A DNA stretch of 33,409 bases from Candidatus Eiseniibacteriota bacterium. GTDB lineage: Bacteria; Eisenbacteria; RBG-16-71-46; DASYSL01. This document shows positions 12,712-22,855 of this stretch, piece by piece. Under the pieces are notes generated by a model. It searched no databases. It was not told where the DNA came from and was given only the letters and a program-made list of their open reading frames with translations. Position numbers and translations under genes: made by a program. The DNA lies in NCBI GenBank assembly GCA_031431875.1, contig JANPEF010000095.1, positions 1-33,409 on the forward strand, written 5' to 3'. Positions within the stretch are counted from its first letter, which is position 1. The number at the start of each line of letters is the position of its first letter.

Positions 12712-13462
12712 CGGCGTTCGGGCCTCCCTCCGCAGAGAGCGTCCCCCGGATCCTTCCGGCCTGACCGCGCCGGGATGTCCTTCCTGCATCCAAAGTTAGC
12801 ACGCTGTCCGCGAGAGCAGAAAGCCTTTCATTGTGGGTCGCAACCAGCACCGCAGGACCGTCTTGCGCCACCGCCACGAGGAGCGCGTGGAGGCGGTCGG
12901 CGTTCTCCCGGTCGAGGTTGCCCGAGGGCTCGTCGGCGAGCAGGAGGCGCGGCCGGTTGATCAGGGCCCGCGCCACCGCCACCCGCTGCGCCTCGCCGCC
13001 CGAGAGCTCGCCCGGCCTGTGCGCCGCGCGTGCGGCGAGCCCCACGCGATCGAGGGCGGCGAGCGCGTCCCGTCGCACCTCGGCCTCGGGGCGGCGGGCC
13101 AGACGGCCGGGCATCATGACGTTCTCGAGGGCGTCGAACTCGGGTAGCAGGTGATGGAACTGGAAGACGAATCCCAGCGTGCGCGAGCGGAAACGCGCCA
13201 ACTCGGCCGGCCCACAGGCGAACAGGTCGCGCCCGTCGATCCACACGCTGCCGGCGTCGGGCGTGTCGAGGCTGCCGACGATGTGCAGCAGCGTGCTCTT
13301 GCCCGTGCCCGAGGCCCCGAGCAGCACGACCACCTCGCCGGGGGCGACTTCCAGGTCCACGCCGCAGAGGACGGGCAGGCGGCCGCCGTCGGGGAGCGGA
13401 TACGACTTCTCCACCCCCCGCACGGCAAGGACGGGTGGCTGTGGCGCGCGCGCGTCGTTCAT
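12689..13462 (-). CDS. lolD: Lipoprotein-releasing ABC transporter ATPase LolD
   Basis: GASGTGKST, GFVFQFHHLLPEF, LSGGEAQR, LLADEPSGNLD. Follows a LolC/E-type permease. Confidence 0.9.
   Translation of the reverse strand: MNDARAPQPPVLAVRGVEKSYPLPDGGRLPVLCGVDLEVAPGEVVVLLGASGTGKSTLLHIVGSLDTPDAGSVWIDGRDLFACGPAELARFRSRTLGFVFQFHHLLPEFDALENVMMPGRLARRPEAEVRRDALAALDRVGLAARAAHRPGELSGGEAQRVAVARALINRPRLLLADEPSGNLDRENADRLHALLVAVAQDGPAVLVATHNERLSALADSVLTLDAGRTSRRGQAGRIRGTLSAEGGPNADAMSELP
12793..12822 (-). promoter_or_regulatory. Possible internal promoter (extended -10, TG-C-TAACTT) for mcsA-mcsB-clpC, inside the lolD 3' end
   Basis: Minus strand reads TTTCTG-N18-TAACTT with TG just upstream of the -10. 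It lies in an AT-enriched patch with atypical codons about 80 nt before mcsA. Confidence 0.4.
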
Positions 13463-14691
13463 GCCTTCCTCAGCGAATCAACCGGGGTGCGCCGCGAAGC
13501 CCACCACGCGGGGTAACCCGCCGCCGCCAGGCACAGCAGCAGCGTGATGGCGATCACGAGGACGACGTCCCCCGCCTCGACCCGCACGGGCAGCGTGGAC
13601 AGGAAATAGACGTCGCTCGGGATGTCGATGAAGCGGAAGCGCGCCAGCGCCCAGCAGCCGGCGAGGCCCAGCGCCGCGCCGAGAACGGTGCCGACGACCC
13701 CGATCCCCAGCCCCGCGACGAGGAAGATCCGGACGATGTCGCCCTGCGACGCGCCCATCGCCAGCAACGCACCGACGTCGTGGCGTTTCTCCATGGCCAG
13801 CAGGATCAGCGTGCTCACGATGTTGAGCGCGGCGACGAGGACGATCAGGGCGAGGATGAGGAACATCGTCGTCTTCTCGATCTTCATGAAGCGGAAGAGG
13901 TTCGCGTTCTGCTCGATCCAGTCGCTGCTGCGGTACGGATAGCCGCCGACGTCGCGCACGACGGTGCGGGCCACGTCGGGAGCGGCAAACAGGTCGTGGA
14001 GCTTGAGCTGGATGCCGGTCAGCCCGGGCGTGTCGAACAGGTCCTGCGCCGCCGCGATCGACACGTAGGCGAGCGACGAGTCGTACTCGAACAGGCCCGA
14101 CTCGAAGATGCCGACGACGCGGAACGGGCGCAGCCGCGGCACGAGGCCCAGCGGCGAGTCGACTCCACTCTGCAGCGTGGCGAGGACGACCTGGTCGCCC
14201 ACGCCCGCCCGCAGGCGCGACGCCACCTCGATTCCCAGCACGACGCCCGCGGCGCTGTCCGCGGTCGACTCGGGAATGACTTCGAGCGCCGGGTGGATGT
14301 CGCGCGCGACCGTGGTGACCATGCGCTCCTGGCGCAGGTCGACGCCCTTGACGATGATGCCGTCGGCCATGCCCTCGCGCGTGATCAAGGCCTTGGCATA
14401 GACGAACGGCGCGACGCCGGCGACGTCCTTGCGGGCGCGCAGCTTCGCCATCGCCACGGTCGTGTCGCTGATGCCCGCGGGATCGTAGGACAGGAGCAGC
14501 ACGTGCGCGTTGGTGCCGGCGATGCGGTCGCGCACCTCGGTTTCGAAGCCGTTCATGACCGCGGGAACGATGACCAGCGCGGCGACACCGATGGTCACGC
14601 CGAGGATCGAGATCCACGCCAGCAGGTTGATGAAGCCCGACGTGCGGCGGGTGCGCAGATAACGGCCGGCGATGTGGAGGGTGACGTCCAC
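13459..14691 (-). CDS. lolC: Lipoprotein-releasing ABC transporter permease LolC/E
   Basis: GVTIGVAALVIV..VMNGF, GIFESGLFEYD, IVLVAALNIVSTL, YFLSTLP, YPAWWA. Confidence 0.9.
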   Translation of the reverse strand: MDVTLHIAGRYLRTRRTSGFINLLAWISILGVTIGVAALVIVPAVMNGFETEVRDRIAGTNAHVLLLSYDPAGISDTTVAMAKLRARKDVAGVAPFVYAKALITREGMADGIIVKGVDLRQERMVTTVARDIHPALEVIPESTADSAAGVVLGIEVASRLRAGVGDQVVLATLQSGVDSPLGLVPRLRPFRVVGIFESGLFEYDSSLAYVSIAAAQDLFDTPGLTGIQLKLHDLFAAPDVARTVVRDVGGYPYRSSDWIEQNANLFRFMKIEKTTMFLILALIVLVAALNIVSTLILLAMEKRHDVGALLAMGASQGDIVRIFLVAGLGIGVVGTVLGAALGLAGCWALARFRFIDIPSDVYFLSTLPVRVEAGDVVLVIAITLLLCLAAAGYPAWWASRRTPVDSLRKA

Positions 14692-14692
14692 C

Positions 14693-16249
14693 CTATTCCG
14701 CGGCCCCGTCGCCCGGCGCGTCCGGACCGTCCTCGAGCGCGGCGCGTCCCTCCTCCGGACGCAGGGCCGGGAAGAGCACGACGTCGCGGATCGAGCGGCT
14801 GTCGGTGAGCAGCATGACCAGGCGATCGATGCCGATCCCCAGCCCGCCGGTCGGCGGCATGCCGTACTCGAGCGCCCGGATGAAGTCCCGGTCGAGCACC
14901 TGCGCCTCGTCGTCGCCGGCGTCCTTGCGCTCCATCTGGAGGCGGAACTGGCGCTCCTGCTCGGCCGGGTCGTTCTGCTCGCTGAACGCGTTGCCGATCT
15001 CCATGCCGCAGACGAACGGCTCGAAACGTTCGGTCACCGCCGGCGCGCCGCGCTTCACCTTGGCCAGCGGCGAGATCTCGCGCGGGTGGTCGACCACGAA
15101 CGTCGGCTGGATCAGCGACGGCTGGACGAGCGCGCTGAACAGCTCGTCGAGCATGCCCCCCGCCCCGCTCCCCGCGCGCGCCTCGAGGCCGTGCTTCGCG
15201 CACAGGCGGCGCATGCGCGCCTCGTCCATGTCCGCGACGTCCTCGCCCACGGCTTTCGTCACCGACTCGAGGATCGACACCTCGGGCCACGGCGGAGTGA
15301 AGTCGAGCTGCCGGCCCTGGTACTCGACGACCAGGCCGCCGGTGAGCGCCTCGGCACAGCGGACGATCATCTCCTCGGTCAGGCGCATGATCTGCCGGTA
15401 GTCGGCGAACGCCTGGTAGACCTCGAGCATGGTGAACTCGGGGCTGTGCGATTTGTCGATGCCCTCGTTGCGGAAGTCGCGCGCGAACTCGTAGACCCGG
15501 TCGAACCCGCCGACGAGGCAGCGCTTGAGGTAGAGCTCGTTCGAGATGCGCAGGTAGAGGTCCATGCCGAGTGCGTTGTGGTGCGTCGTGAATGGCCGGG
15601 CGAACGCGCCGCCGTACAGCGGCTGCAGCACCGGCGTCTCGACCTCGAGGAAGCCGCGCCCATCGAGGAATCGGCGGATCGTCTGGTGGAGCAGCGCACG
15701 CCGGCGGAACACCTCGCGCACCTCGACGTTCATGAACAGGTCGGCGTAGCGCTGGCGGTAGCGCGTCTCGGGGTCGGACAGCCCGTGCCACTTGTCGGGC
15801 AGCGGGCGCATCGACTTCGACAGCAGCACGAGTTCGGTCGCCTGCACCGTGATCTCGCCGGTGCGCGTGCGGAATACCGGCCCCTTCACGCCGACCCAGT
15901 CCCCGACGTCACACAGGTCCCAGAGCGCGTAGCCGTCGGGGCCGAGCACGTCGGCGCGGCAGTACACCTGAACGCGCGCGCTGGCGTCGAGCACGTGGCC
16001 GAACCCGGCCTTGCCATGGCCGCGGCGCGCCATCAGGCGCCCCGCGACCGCGACGACGGCGCCCGGCTCGGTCGTGACGGCGTCGCCCAGGTCGAGCACC
16101 TGCTGCGCGCGGTGCGTCGCATCATAGGAATACGGGTACGGCTCGATGCCGCGGGCGCGCAGCGCGTCGAGCTTTGCCTGGCGCGCCTCGCGCCAGCCGA
16201 GCGCGGCCTCGCCGGGCGCGTCCACGCGCGTCTCGTCCGGGCCGCTCAT
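14693..16249 (-). CDS. lysS: Lysine--tRNA ligase (class II)
   Basis: OB-fold anticodon domain, RYRQRYADL, YGGAFARPF, FRNEGID..HSPEFT, YGMPPTGGLGIGIDRL. Confidence 0.98.
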   Translation of the reverse strand: MSGPDETRVDAPGEAALGWREARQAKLDALRARGIEPYPYSYDATHRAQQVLDLGDAVTTEPGAVVAVAGRLMARRGHGKAGFGHVLDASARVQVYCRADVLGPDGYALWDLCDVGDWVGVKGPVFRTRTGEITVQATELVLLSKSMRPLPDKWHGLSDPETRYRQRYADLFMNVEVREVFRRRALLHQTIRRFLDGRGFLEVETPVLQPLYGGAFARPFTTHHNALGMDLYLRISNELYLKRCLVGGFDRVYEFARDFRNEGIDKSHSPEFTMLEVYQAFADYRQIMRLTEEMIVRCAEALTGGLVVEYQGRQLDFTPPWPEVSILESVTKAVGEDVADMDEARMRRLCAKHGLEARAGSGAGGMLDELFSALVQPSLIQPTFVVDHPREISPLAKVKRGAPAVTERFEPFVCGMEIGNAFSEQNDPAEQERQFRLQMERKDAGDDEAQVLDRDFIRALEYGMPPTGGLGIGIDRLVMLLTDSRSIRDVVLFPALRPEEGRAALEDGPDAPGDGAAE

Positions 16250-17664
16250 CGCGCCCCCGCCAGCGGCGCGCCGTTCGGCGGGCCCTCGAGGGCGAGCTTC
16301 GCGGGGTCCTCGTCGCCGACGATCGGGTACTTGCCGGTGAAGCAGGCGTCACACCAGCCCGTCGGATCGCTCTCGCACGACTTCATGCCCGCTTCCGAGA
16401 GGTAACCGATGGAGTCGACGCCGAGGAAGTGCGCGATCTCGTCGCGCGACAGGCGCGCGCCGATCAGCTCGCTGCGGCTCGGCGTGTCGATGCCGTAGAA
16501 GCACGGCGAGGCGACCGGCGGCGAGCCGACGCGGAAGTGCACCTCGCGCGCACCGGCCTTGCGCACAAGGGCGACGAGCTTCCGGGACGTCGTCCCGCGC
16601 ACGATCGAGTCGTCGACCATGATGACGCGCTGGTCGCGCAGGATCGCCTCAACGGCGTTGAACTTGACGCGCACCGAGTGATCGCGCACTGCCTGCGTCG
16701 GATGGATGAACGTGCGCCCGACGTAGTGATTGCGGATCAGGCCCAGCTCGTAGGGGATCCCGGAGCGCTCGGCGTAGCCCAGCGCGATCGAATTCGACGA
16801 GTCGGGCACCGACATCACGAGGTCGGCCTCGATCGGGTGCTCCTCGGCGAGGCGGCGGCCAAGCCGGCGGCGCACCCGGTCGACGGTCTCACCGAACACG
16901 ACCGAGTCGGGACGCGAGAAGTAGATGTGCTCGAAGATACAGCGCCGTGCCTCGCGCGGCGGCAGCAGGGCGCGCGTGGCCAGCCCCTGCGCGTCAAGGC
17001 GCACGAGTTCGCCCGGCGCCACCTCGCGCAACATGGTTGCGCCGAGCAGGTCGAGGGCACAGCTCTCGGAGGCGAGCACGTGGGACCCCGAGTCGAGGCG
17101 ACCGAGCACGAGCGGGCGCCAGCCGTGCGGATCGCGCAGGCCGTACACCGCCGACGTGGTCATGAGCACGAGCGAGTAAGCGCCCTCGACCTGGCGGCAG
17201 GCCGCGGCGAGGCGATCCTCGAAGGTGCCGTCGGCCTGGGCCATCAGGTGCAGGAACACCTCGGTGTCGAGCGTGGTCTGGAACAGCGAGCCCGATTCCT
17301 CGAGCCGCCGCCGGAGCGATCGCGCATTGACCAGGTTGCCGTTGTGCGCGATCGCCACCTCGACGCCACGGAAGCGCACCGTCAGCGGCTGCGCGTTCGT
17401 GAGGTTGAGCCCACCCGTCGTCGAGTAGCGATTGTGGCCGATCGCCTGGCGCCCGGGCAGGCGGGCCAGCCGGTCGGGCGTCATCACGTCGGCGACGAGC
17501 CCCAGGCCCTTCTCGATGAAGAAGCGGCCGTCGTGTGCGGTCACGATGCCGGTCGACTCCTGACCGCGGTGCTGCAGCGCGTACAGGCCGAGCTGCGCCA
17601 GCTCACTGGCACGATCGGCGCCGTGGATGCCGAACACCGCACACTCCTCACGCCACTCCGCCAT
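16246..17664 (-). CDS. purF: Amidophosphoribosyltransferase (propeptide and Fe-S type)
   Basis: MAEWREE-C (Ntn catalytic Cys after a short propeptide), LQHRGQE, GHNRYST, VDDSIVRGTT, PCFYGID, CDACF. Confidence 0.97.
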   Translation of the reverse strand: MAEWREECAVFGIHGADRASELAQLGLYALQHRGQESTGIVTAHDGRFFIEKGLGLVADVMTPDRLARLPGRQAIGHNRYSTTGGLNLTNAQPLTVRFRGVEVAIAHNGNLVNARSLRRRLEESGSLFQTTLDTEVFLHLMAQADGTFEDRLAAACRQVEGAYSLVLMTTSAVYGLRDPHGWRPLVLGRLDSGSHVLASESCALDLLGATMLREVAPGELVRLDAQGLATRALLPPREARRCIFEHIYFSRPDSVVFGETVDRVRRRLGRRLAEEHPIEADLVMSVPDSSNSIALGYAERSGIPYELGLIRNHYVGRTFIHPTQAVRDHSVRVKFNAVEAILRDQRVIMVDDSIVRGTTSRKLVALVRKAGAREVHFRVGSPPVASPCFYGIDTPSRSELIGARLSRDEIAHFLGVDSIGYLSEAGMKSCESDPTGWCDACFTGKYPIVGDEDPAKLALEGPPNGAPLAGAR

Positions 17665-18259
17665 CGCTCCCTCCCGCGGGCGCCGGCGCGCCGATCGAGT
17701 CCGCCGCCGGCAGCGCCGGTCGGTCCCAGGCATGGACGAACAGTCGCGCTTCCTGCGACTGGGGCTGCACGAGCAGGCCGGTGTGCCGACGCTTGGCGAA
17801 GGCCGCGGTCTCGAGCAGCGTCGGCACGTCCTCGCCGCGCTCGACCGGCCAGGCCAGCGTCCACACCGTGCCACGGCGCACCTTCCAGCGACCGCCGAGA
17901 GCGTGTCCGAGCGTCAGCGCATGAGCGCGGCTCTCGCTCGCGCCGCGATCGACCGCGACGACGTGGCCGATCGACGGCCCGCTCTCGGGAGCGGCATCGT
18001 CGAGCAGCTTGCCGCGGTCCCGGCTGGGGTTCATGAACAGGTTCGAGGTGCGCATCCATGTCTCGAAGCGGGCGTGGCGCTCGGCGCCCGCGGCCGCATC
18101 CTCGGCGTCGTCGCCGGATTCGATCTCCCACAGGTCGGCGCGCCCCACGCGCGCCGGCGCGTCCTGCCCCATCAGGAGCTGGAGCGTGTGGCCCGCGGTC
18201 CACGCGGCGGGATCGAGTTCGAGTCGCTCGACCCATAACTGCAGGATGCGTCCGTTCAC
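17648..18259 (-). CDS. Hypothetical protein, probable tandem (double) PurS-like FGAM synthase subunit
   Basis: 203 aa, translationally coupled between purQ and purF. First half has PurS-like DP (LDPAA) and NP (LFMNPS) motifs; second half ends in an analogous LLVQP. No other purS in the window. Confidence 0.6.
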   Translation of the reverse strand: MNGRILQLWVERLELDPAAWTAGHTLQLLMGQDAPARVGRADLWEIESGDDAEDAAAGAERHARFETWMRTSNLFMNPSRDRGKLLDDAAPESGPSIGHVVAVDRGASESRAHALTLGHALGGRWKVRRGTVWTLAWPVERGEDVPTLLETAAFAKRRHTGLLVQPQSQEARLFVHAWDRPALPAADSIGAPAPAGGSDGGVA

Positions 18260-19113
18260 CGCACCTCCATGCGCTCTCGCGTCGACACCCCGAGGTGCCA
18301 GGCGAGGCCGAGAAACAATCCGTGTCCGGGGCCCGCCGCGGCGAGGCCGGCCACGTCGCCGCGGGCGCGCCGCCGCCGATCTCCCCACGGACCAGGCAGG
18401 TCGAGCGGAACCTGCAGCAGCCGATCGGCTCGTTCCGGGTGCGGCATCAGGGCGAGCACGTTGCCGGCGGCGTTGGTCACGCCGGCCGCGTCGGCCGCGG
18501 AGCCGTTGGGGTTGTCCGGCCACACGACCGGCTCCCCTGCTCTTGCCGCAGCGTACGCGAATGGCACGGCTCCGCGGGCGGAAAGCTCCGGCAGGCGCCC
18601 CGGGTCGCGCGCGGTGAAGCGCCCCTCCCCATGGGCCATCGGCATCGGCACGCGTTCGCCGGGTGCGTAGGCCTCGGTCCACAGCGATCCGGTGCGCGCC
18701 TCGAGCGTGACCCAGCGCGAGAGATACCCGTCGCGGTCGGGCAGGCGGTTGGTCGCGAGCGCAAGCGCGATGCGATCCTCGCCGGGCGCGCCGCCGGGCA
18801 CGAGGCCGGCCTCGACCAGGATCTGCGCGCCGTTGCAGATGCCGAGGATGGGCGTGCCGCGATCGGCTGCAGCGGCGAGCACGTCGAGCCGCGGGTCCTT
18901 CGCCGCGACCGCCCCGGCGCGAACGCGATCCTGGTAGGAGAATCCGCCCGGCAGCACGTAGGCGGCGAAGCCCTCGAGTGCGGCCGGCGCCGCATCCCAG
19001 CCGACGAGCGCGGGCGACAGCCCGGCGGCGGCCAGGGCACGCATGGTCTCGTCCTCGCAGTTCATGCCGGGCAGGCGCACCACGGCGACCGTCGGCGCGG
19101 CGTGGCGGATCAC
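18256..19113 (-). CDS. purQ: FGAM synthase glutaminase subunit
   Basis: PGMNCEDE, LPGGFSYQD, GICNGAQIL (Cys nucleophile), AHGEGRF, NPNGS, MPHPER. Confidence 0.96.
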   Translation of the reverse strand: MIRHAAPTVAVVRLPGMNCEDETMRALAAAGLSPALVGWDAAPAALEGFAAYVLPGGFSYQDRVRAGAVAAKDPRLDVLAAAADRGTPILGICNGAQILVEAGLVPGGAPGEDRIALALATNRLPDRDGYLSRWVTLEARTGSLWTEAYAPGERVPMPMAHGEGRFTARDPGRLPELSARGAVPFAYAAARAGEPVVWPDNPNGSAADAAGVTNAAGNVLALMPHPERADRLLQVPLDLPGPWGDRRRRARGDVAGLAAAGPGHGLFLGLAWHLGVSTRERMEVR

Positions 19114-21554
19114 GCGATCACCTCCGTCGATACGGTGAATGCGGCTACAAGAGCGGTGGACCAGGCGGCGTGGAGCGGGGCACGCTCGAGTTCGGCCACG
19201 TCCAGGCCGGGCGTGTGCAATCGCCAGTGCGGCACGGCGTCGACCGTGCCCAGGCGCCCGAGCGAAACCCCGAGCGCCCGGGCCCAGGCCTCGAGCTCGG
19301 GGAGATCGGCCGAGTCGACCTCGAGCACGAAGCCGGGCTCCTCGGAGAACCACGCCTCGACACCGCCAACACTCACGACCGTCCACGGCGCAATATCTGC
19401 CGTGAAGCCGAGTTCCCCGCCCGAGGCGAAGGACATCTCGGCCAGCGCCTGGACGACGCCGCCTTCCGACACGTCATGCGCTGCGAGCACCCGGCCCCGC
19501 GCATGGGCCGCGACGACGAGCGCAATCTCGCCGCGCTCGCGGCCCGGCGCGAACGCCGGGAGCGCGCGCCCCGCGATCCCGTGACGCTCTGCGTAGACCG
19601 AACCGCCGAGTGCGCCGCGCGGTGGACCGACGAGCAGCAGCACACTCCCGGCCGTCTTGAAGCCCGGCGTCGAGTGGTGCGAGACGTCGGGGAAACGGCC
19701 GAAGCAGGCGACGATCGGCGACGGCGGGATCGCTGCACCCGCCTTGTCTTCGTTGTAGAGGCTCACGTTTCCACTGACGAAGGGCAACGGCGGGAGCTCG
19801 CCGCGCACGCGGGCCGCCCACGCCTCGACCCCCTCGTCGATGCCCAGCTCCGGCAGCGTGCCGAGGCCATGGGCGGCGGCGGCGAGGCCGGCAATCCCGC
19901 TCGTCAGCGCACCCATGACCGACGGGTCCTCGGGCCGGCCGTAGTTCAGGCAATCTGTGAGGCACCACGGGTAAGCACCGATGGCGGCGACGTTTCGCGC
20001 TGCTTCGCCCACCGCAAATGCCGCCCCCAGCCGGGGATCGAGCGCGCCCAGCCGCGGGTTTCCGTCGACACTGACCGCGAAGCCGAACGGCGCCCCCGGC
20101 ACGGGCGCCACGGCTCCGGCGTCGGCCTCCCCGGCGCGCACGAAGGTGACGCCGCGCACCTCGGGGTCGTAACGGCGGAAGAGCGGGGCGCGGGAACAGA
20201 GTGCAGGAGAGGAGAGGGCTGCGGCGATCTCGGCGGCGAGTTGGGCGGCAGAGGCCTGGCCGGCCTCGCCGGCCGGGATGGCTTCGTCGTCGAGTGGCTT
20301 CACGATCGCCTCGCGATCGCGGCGGACACCAGACGTGAGGAACGACACCGGGCACTCGACGACCGTCTCGCCATGCCACGCCGCGCGATAGACCCCGTCG
20401 CTGCGCGTGCGTCCGACGACGGACGCGCCGGCGCCGGGATAGATGTCCCCCAGCCGGAAGCGGTCGCGGAAAAGGGCGACGACCTCGTCGCGCACCTCCC
20501 ACGGGACGACCCAGCAGAAGCGCTCCTGCGTCTCGGCACAGAGCAGCACCTCGGGCGGCAGCGGGTCGGCCACGCGATGCGCGCCGTCGAGGAACACGTC
20601 GACCCCGACGCCACCGGCATCGGCCAACTCGCTGGTGACGCAGGCGATGCCACCGGCGCCCAGGTCCTTCCAGCCGATTGCCCAGCCGGCGGCCTTCGCG
20701 CGTTCGAGCACGGCGGCGTTGGCCACGGCGAGTACGCGCTTGAGGAAGGGATCGGGCAACTGGACCGCGCCGCGCTGGTCGGTCGAGTCGTCGAGCACAC
20801 CCGACGAGAACGCGGCGCCACCGAAGCCCGAGGAGTCGGTCGGCTTGCCGACGAGCACGAACGCGTAGTCGCCCGGCCCCGGCACACGCGAACGCACCAG
20901 CGAGTCCGCCTCGACCACGCCGACGGCGACGACGTTGACCAGTACGTTGGCGTCGAAGCCCGCGTCGAACACCAGGTCGCCACCGAGGTTCGGCACGCCG
21001 AGCGCGTTTCCGTAATCGGCGATCCCGCCGACCACGCCGGCCAGGATCTCGCGCGCGAGCAATCCCCCACCCCGCCGACCCGTGCCCATGCGCAGCGCGT
21101 CGAGCACGCCGACGACCTCGGCGCCCATGCAGTAGACGTCGCGCACGATGCCGCCCACGCCAGTGGCCGCACCCTCGTAGGGCACGACCTGGCTCGGGTG
21201 GTTGTGGCTCTCGTGCGCGACGACCAACAGCCAGTCGCGACCGGCATGCGTGCCGAGCGTCACCGCGCCGGCGTCTTCGCCGGGTCCGAGCACGACCTGC
21301 GGGGCCTCGGTGGGCAGGCCCTTGAGCAGGTGGCGCGTCGACTTGTACGAGCAGTGCTCGCTCCACATCGTATTCATGATCACCAGCTCCGCCCAGCGCG
21401 GGGTGCGTCCCAGGCGCTCGACGAGCAGGCGCAACTCGGAGGCATCGAGGCGGATGCCGGCGGGTGCGAGGCGCGCCGCCAACGCGCGACACGACGCCTC
21501 GTCGCGAAAATCGGCAAGGTCGTAAGGCGCGGGGCGCGCGGCGGCGGCGGTCAC
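19110..21554 (-). CDS. purL: FGAM synthase subunit (small PurL)
   Basis: MWSEHCSYKS, ESHNHPS, GAATGVGGIVRD, DLGAGG, ETQER, SGNVSLYN, AHDVSEGG. GTG start overlaps the purB stop. Confidence 0.96.
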   Translation of the reverse strand: MTAAAARPAPYDLADFRDEASCRALAARLAPAGIRLDASELRLLVERLGRTPRWAELVIMNTMWSEHCSYKSTRHLLKGLPTEAPQVVLGPGEDAGAVTLGTHAGRDWLLVVAHESHNHPSQVVPYEGAATGVGGIVRDVYCMGAEVVGVLDALRMGTGRRGGGLLAREILAGVVGGIADYGNALGVPNLGGDLVFDAGFDANVLVNVVAVGVVEADSLVRSRVPGPGDYAFVLVGKPTDSSGFGGAAFSSGVLDDSTDQRGAVQLPDPFLKRVLAVANAAVLERAKAAGWAIGWKDLGAGGIACVTSELADAGGVGVDVFLDGAHRVADPLPPEVLLCAETQERFCWVVPWEVRDEVVALFRDRFRLGDIYPGAGASVVGRTRSDGVYRAAWHGETVVECPVSFLTSGVRRDREAIVKPLDDEAIPAGEAGQASAAQLAAEIAAALSSPALCSRAPLFRRYDPEVRGVTFVRAGEADAGAVAPVPGAPFGFAVSVDGNPRLGALDPRLGAAFAVGEAARNVAAIGAYPWCLTDCLNYGRPEDPSVMGALTSGIAGLAAAAHGLGTLPELGIDEGVEAWAARVRGELPPLPFVSGNVSLYNEDKAGAAIPPSPIVACFGRFPDVSHHSTPGFKTAGSVLLLVGPPRGALGGSVYAERHGIAGRALPAFAPGRERGEIALVVAAHARGRVLAAHDVSEGGVVQALAEMSFASGGELGFTADIAPWTVVSVGGVEAWFSEEPGFVLEVDSADLPELEAWARALGVSLGRLGTVDAVPHWRLHTPGLDVAELERAPLHAAWSTALVAAFTVSTEVIA

Positions 21555-22855
21555 GCGGGCTCCACGACGGCGCGGGCGCGGGCGAACAGGGCGTCGACGG
21601 ATTGCAGGTAGAACTCGACGTCGAAGCAGGCGGCAAGTCCGTCGCCCAGCTTCGCCTGCACCGCCGGCTCGGCGGCAAGCAGCGCAGCGAACACGCCCTC
21701 CCCCCGCCACGCCCTCATCGCGCAGTCCTGCACGACGGCATACGCCTCCTCGCGCACCATCCCGGCCGCGGTCAGCGCCAGCAGGACGCGCTGCGAGAAC
21801 ACGAGGCCGCCGCTGGCGTCGAGATTGGCGCGCATGCGCGGGGCATCGACGCGGAGTCCCTCGATTACCCACGCGAGGCGGTCGGTCAGGTAGTCGGCGA
21901 GCAGGAATGCGTCGGGCAGCACGACCCGCTCGACCGACGAGTGGCTGATGTCGCGCTCGTGCCACAGGGCGACGTTCTCGAGGCCCGCGGTCGCGTAACC
22001 ACGAAACAGCCGCGCCAGCCCGGTGATGCGCTCGCAAACGACCGGGTTGCGCTTGTGCGGCATCGCCGAGCTGCCCTTCTGACCGGCGCCGAACGGCTCC
22101 TCCAACTCGCGCACCTCGGTGCGCTGCAGGTGTCGGATCTCGGTGGCGATGCGTTCGTAATTTGCCGCCAGGTGCGCCAGCGCGGCAAGCAACGAGGCAT
22201 GGCGATCGCGGGCGACGACCTGCGTCGCCACCGGCTCGGGCACGAGGCCCAGCGCCGCACAGAAGCGTTCCTCGACCGCGAGCGGCAGGTGCGCCGCCTG
22301 GCCGACCGCGCCCGAGAGCTTGCCCACCGCTGTCTCGCCCAGGGCGGCGGCCAGCAGGTGGCGCGAGCGCGCGAGCGCGGTCGCCCAGCCCAGCACCTTG
22401 AGCCCGAAGGTCATCGGCTCGGCATGCACGCCGTGCGTGCGGCCGACCATCACGGTGCGACGATGCCCCTCGGCCAGCGCGAGCAATGCAGTGGCGAGGC
22501 GGTCGAGACCCGGCGCGAGCGCGCGTCCCGCCTCGCCGATGGCGAGGGCGAGTGCGGTGTCGACCAGGTCCGACGACGTCATCCCCTGGTGCAGGAATCG
22601 CTTCTCGGCGCCGAGCGACGCCCCGACGTCGGTGAGGAACGCGATCACGTCGTGGTGCAACGTCGCCTCGAGAGCGTCGATGCGCGCCGGATCGAACGCG
22701 GCGTTGCGTTCGATCGCGGCCGACGTGCCCGCGGGCACGAGACCGGCCGCTTCCTGCGCGGCGAGTGCCGCCACCTCCACGGAGATCCAGCGGCCGAAGC
22801 GCGCGCGATCGTCCCAGATCGCGGCCATCGCGGGCCGGGAATATCGTTCGATCAT
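21551..22855 (-). CDS. purB: Adenylosuccinate lyase
   Basis: MIERYSRP start, HDVIAF, GRTHGVHAEP, GSSAMPHKRNP, LWHERDISHSSVER. Confidence 0.97.
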   Translation of the reverse strand: MIERYSRPAMAAIWDDRARFGRWISVEVAALAAQEAAGLVPAGTSAAIERNAAFDPARIDALEATLHHDVIAFLTDVGASLGAEKRFLHQGMTSSDLVDTALALAIGEAGRALAPGLDRLATALLALAEGHRRTVMVGRTHGVHAEPMTFGLKVLGWATALARSRHLLAAALGETAVGKLSGAVGQAAHLPLAVEERFCAALGLVPEPVATQVVARDRHASLLAALAHLAANYERIATEIRHLQRTEVRELEEPFGAGQKGSSAMPHKRNPVVCERITGLARLFRGYATAGLENVALWHERDISHSSVERVVLPDAFLLADYLTDRLAWVIEGLRVDAPRMRANLDASGGLVFSQRVLLALTAAGMVREEAYAVVQDCAMRAWRGEGVFAALLAAEPAVQAKLGDGLAACFDVEFYLQSVDALFARARAVVEPA

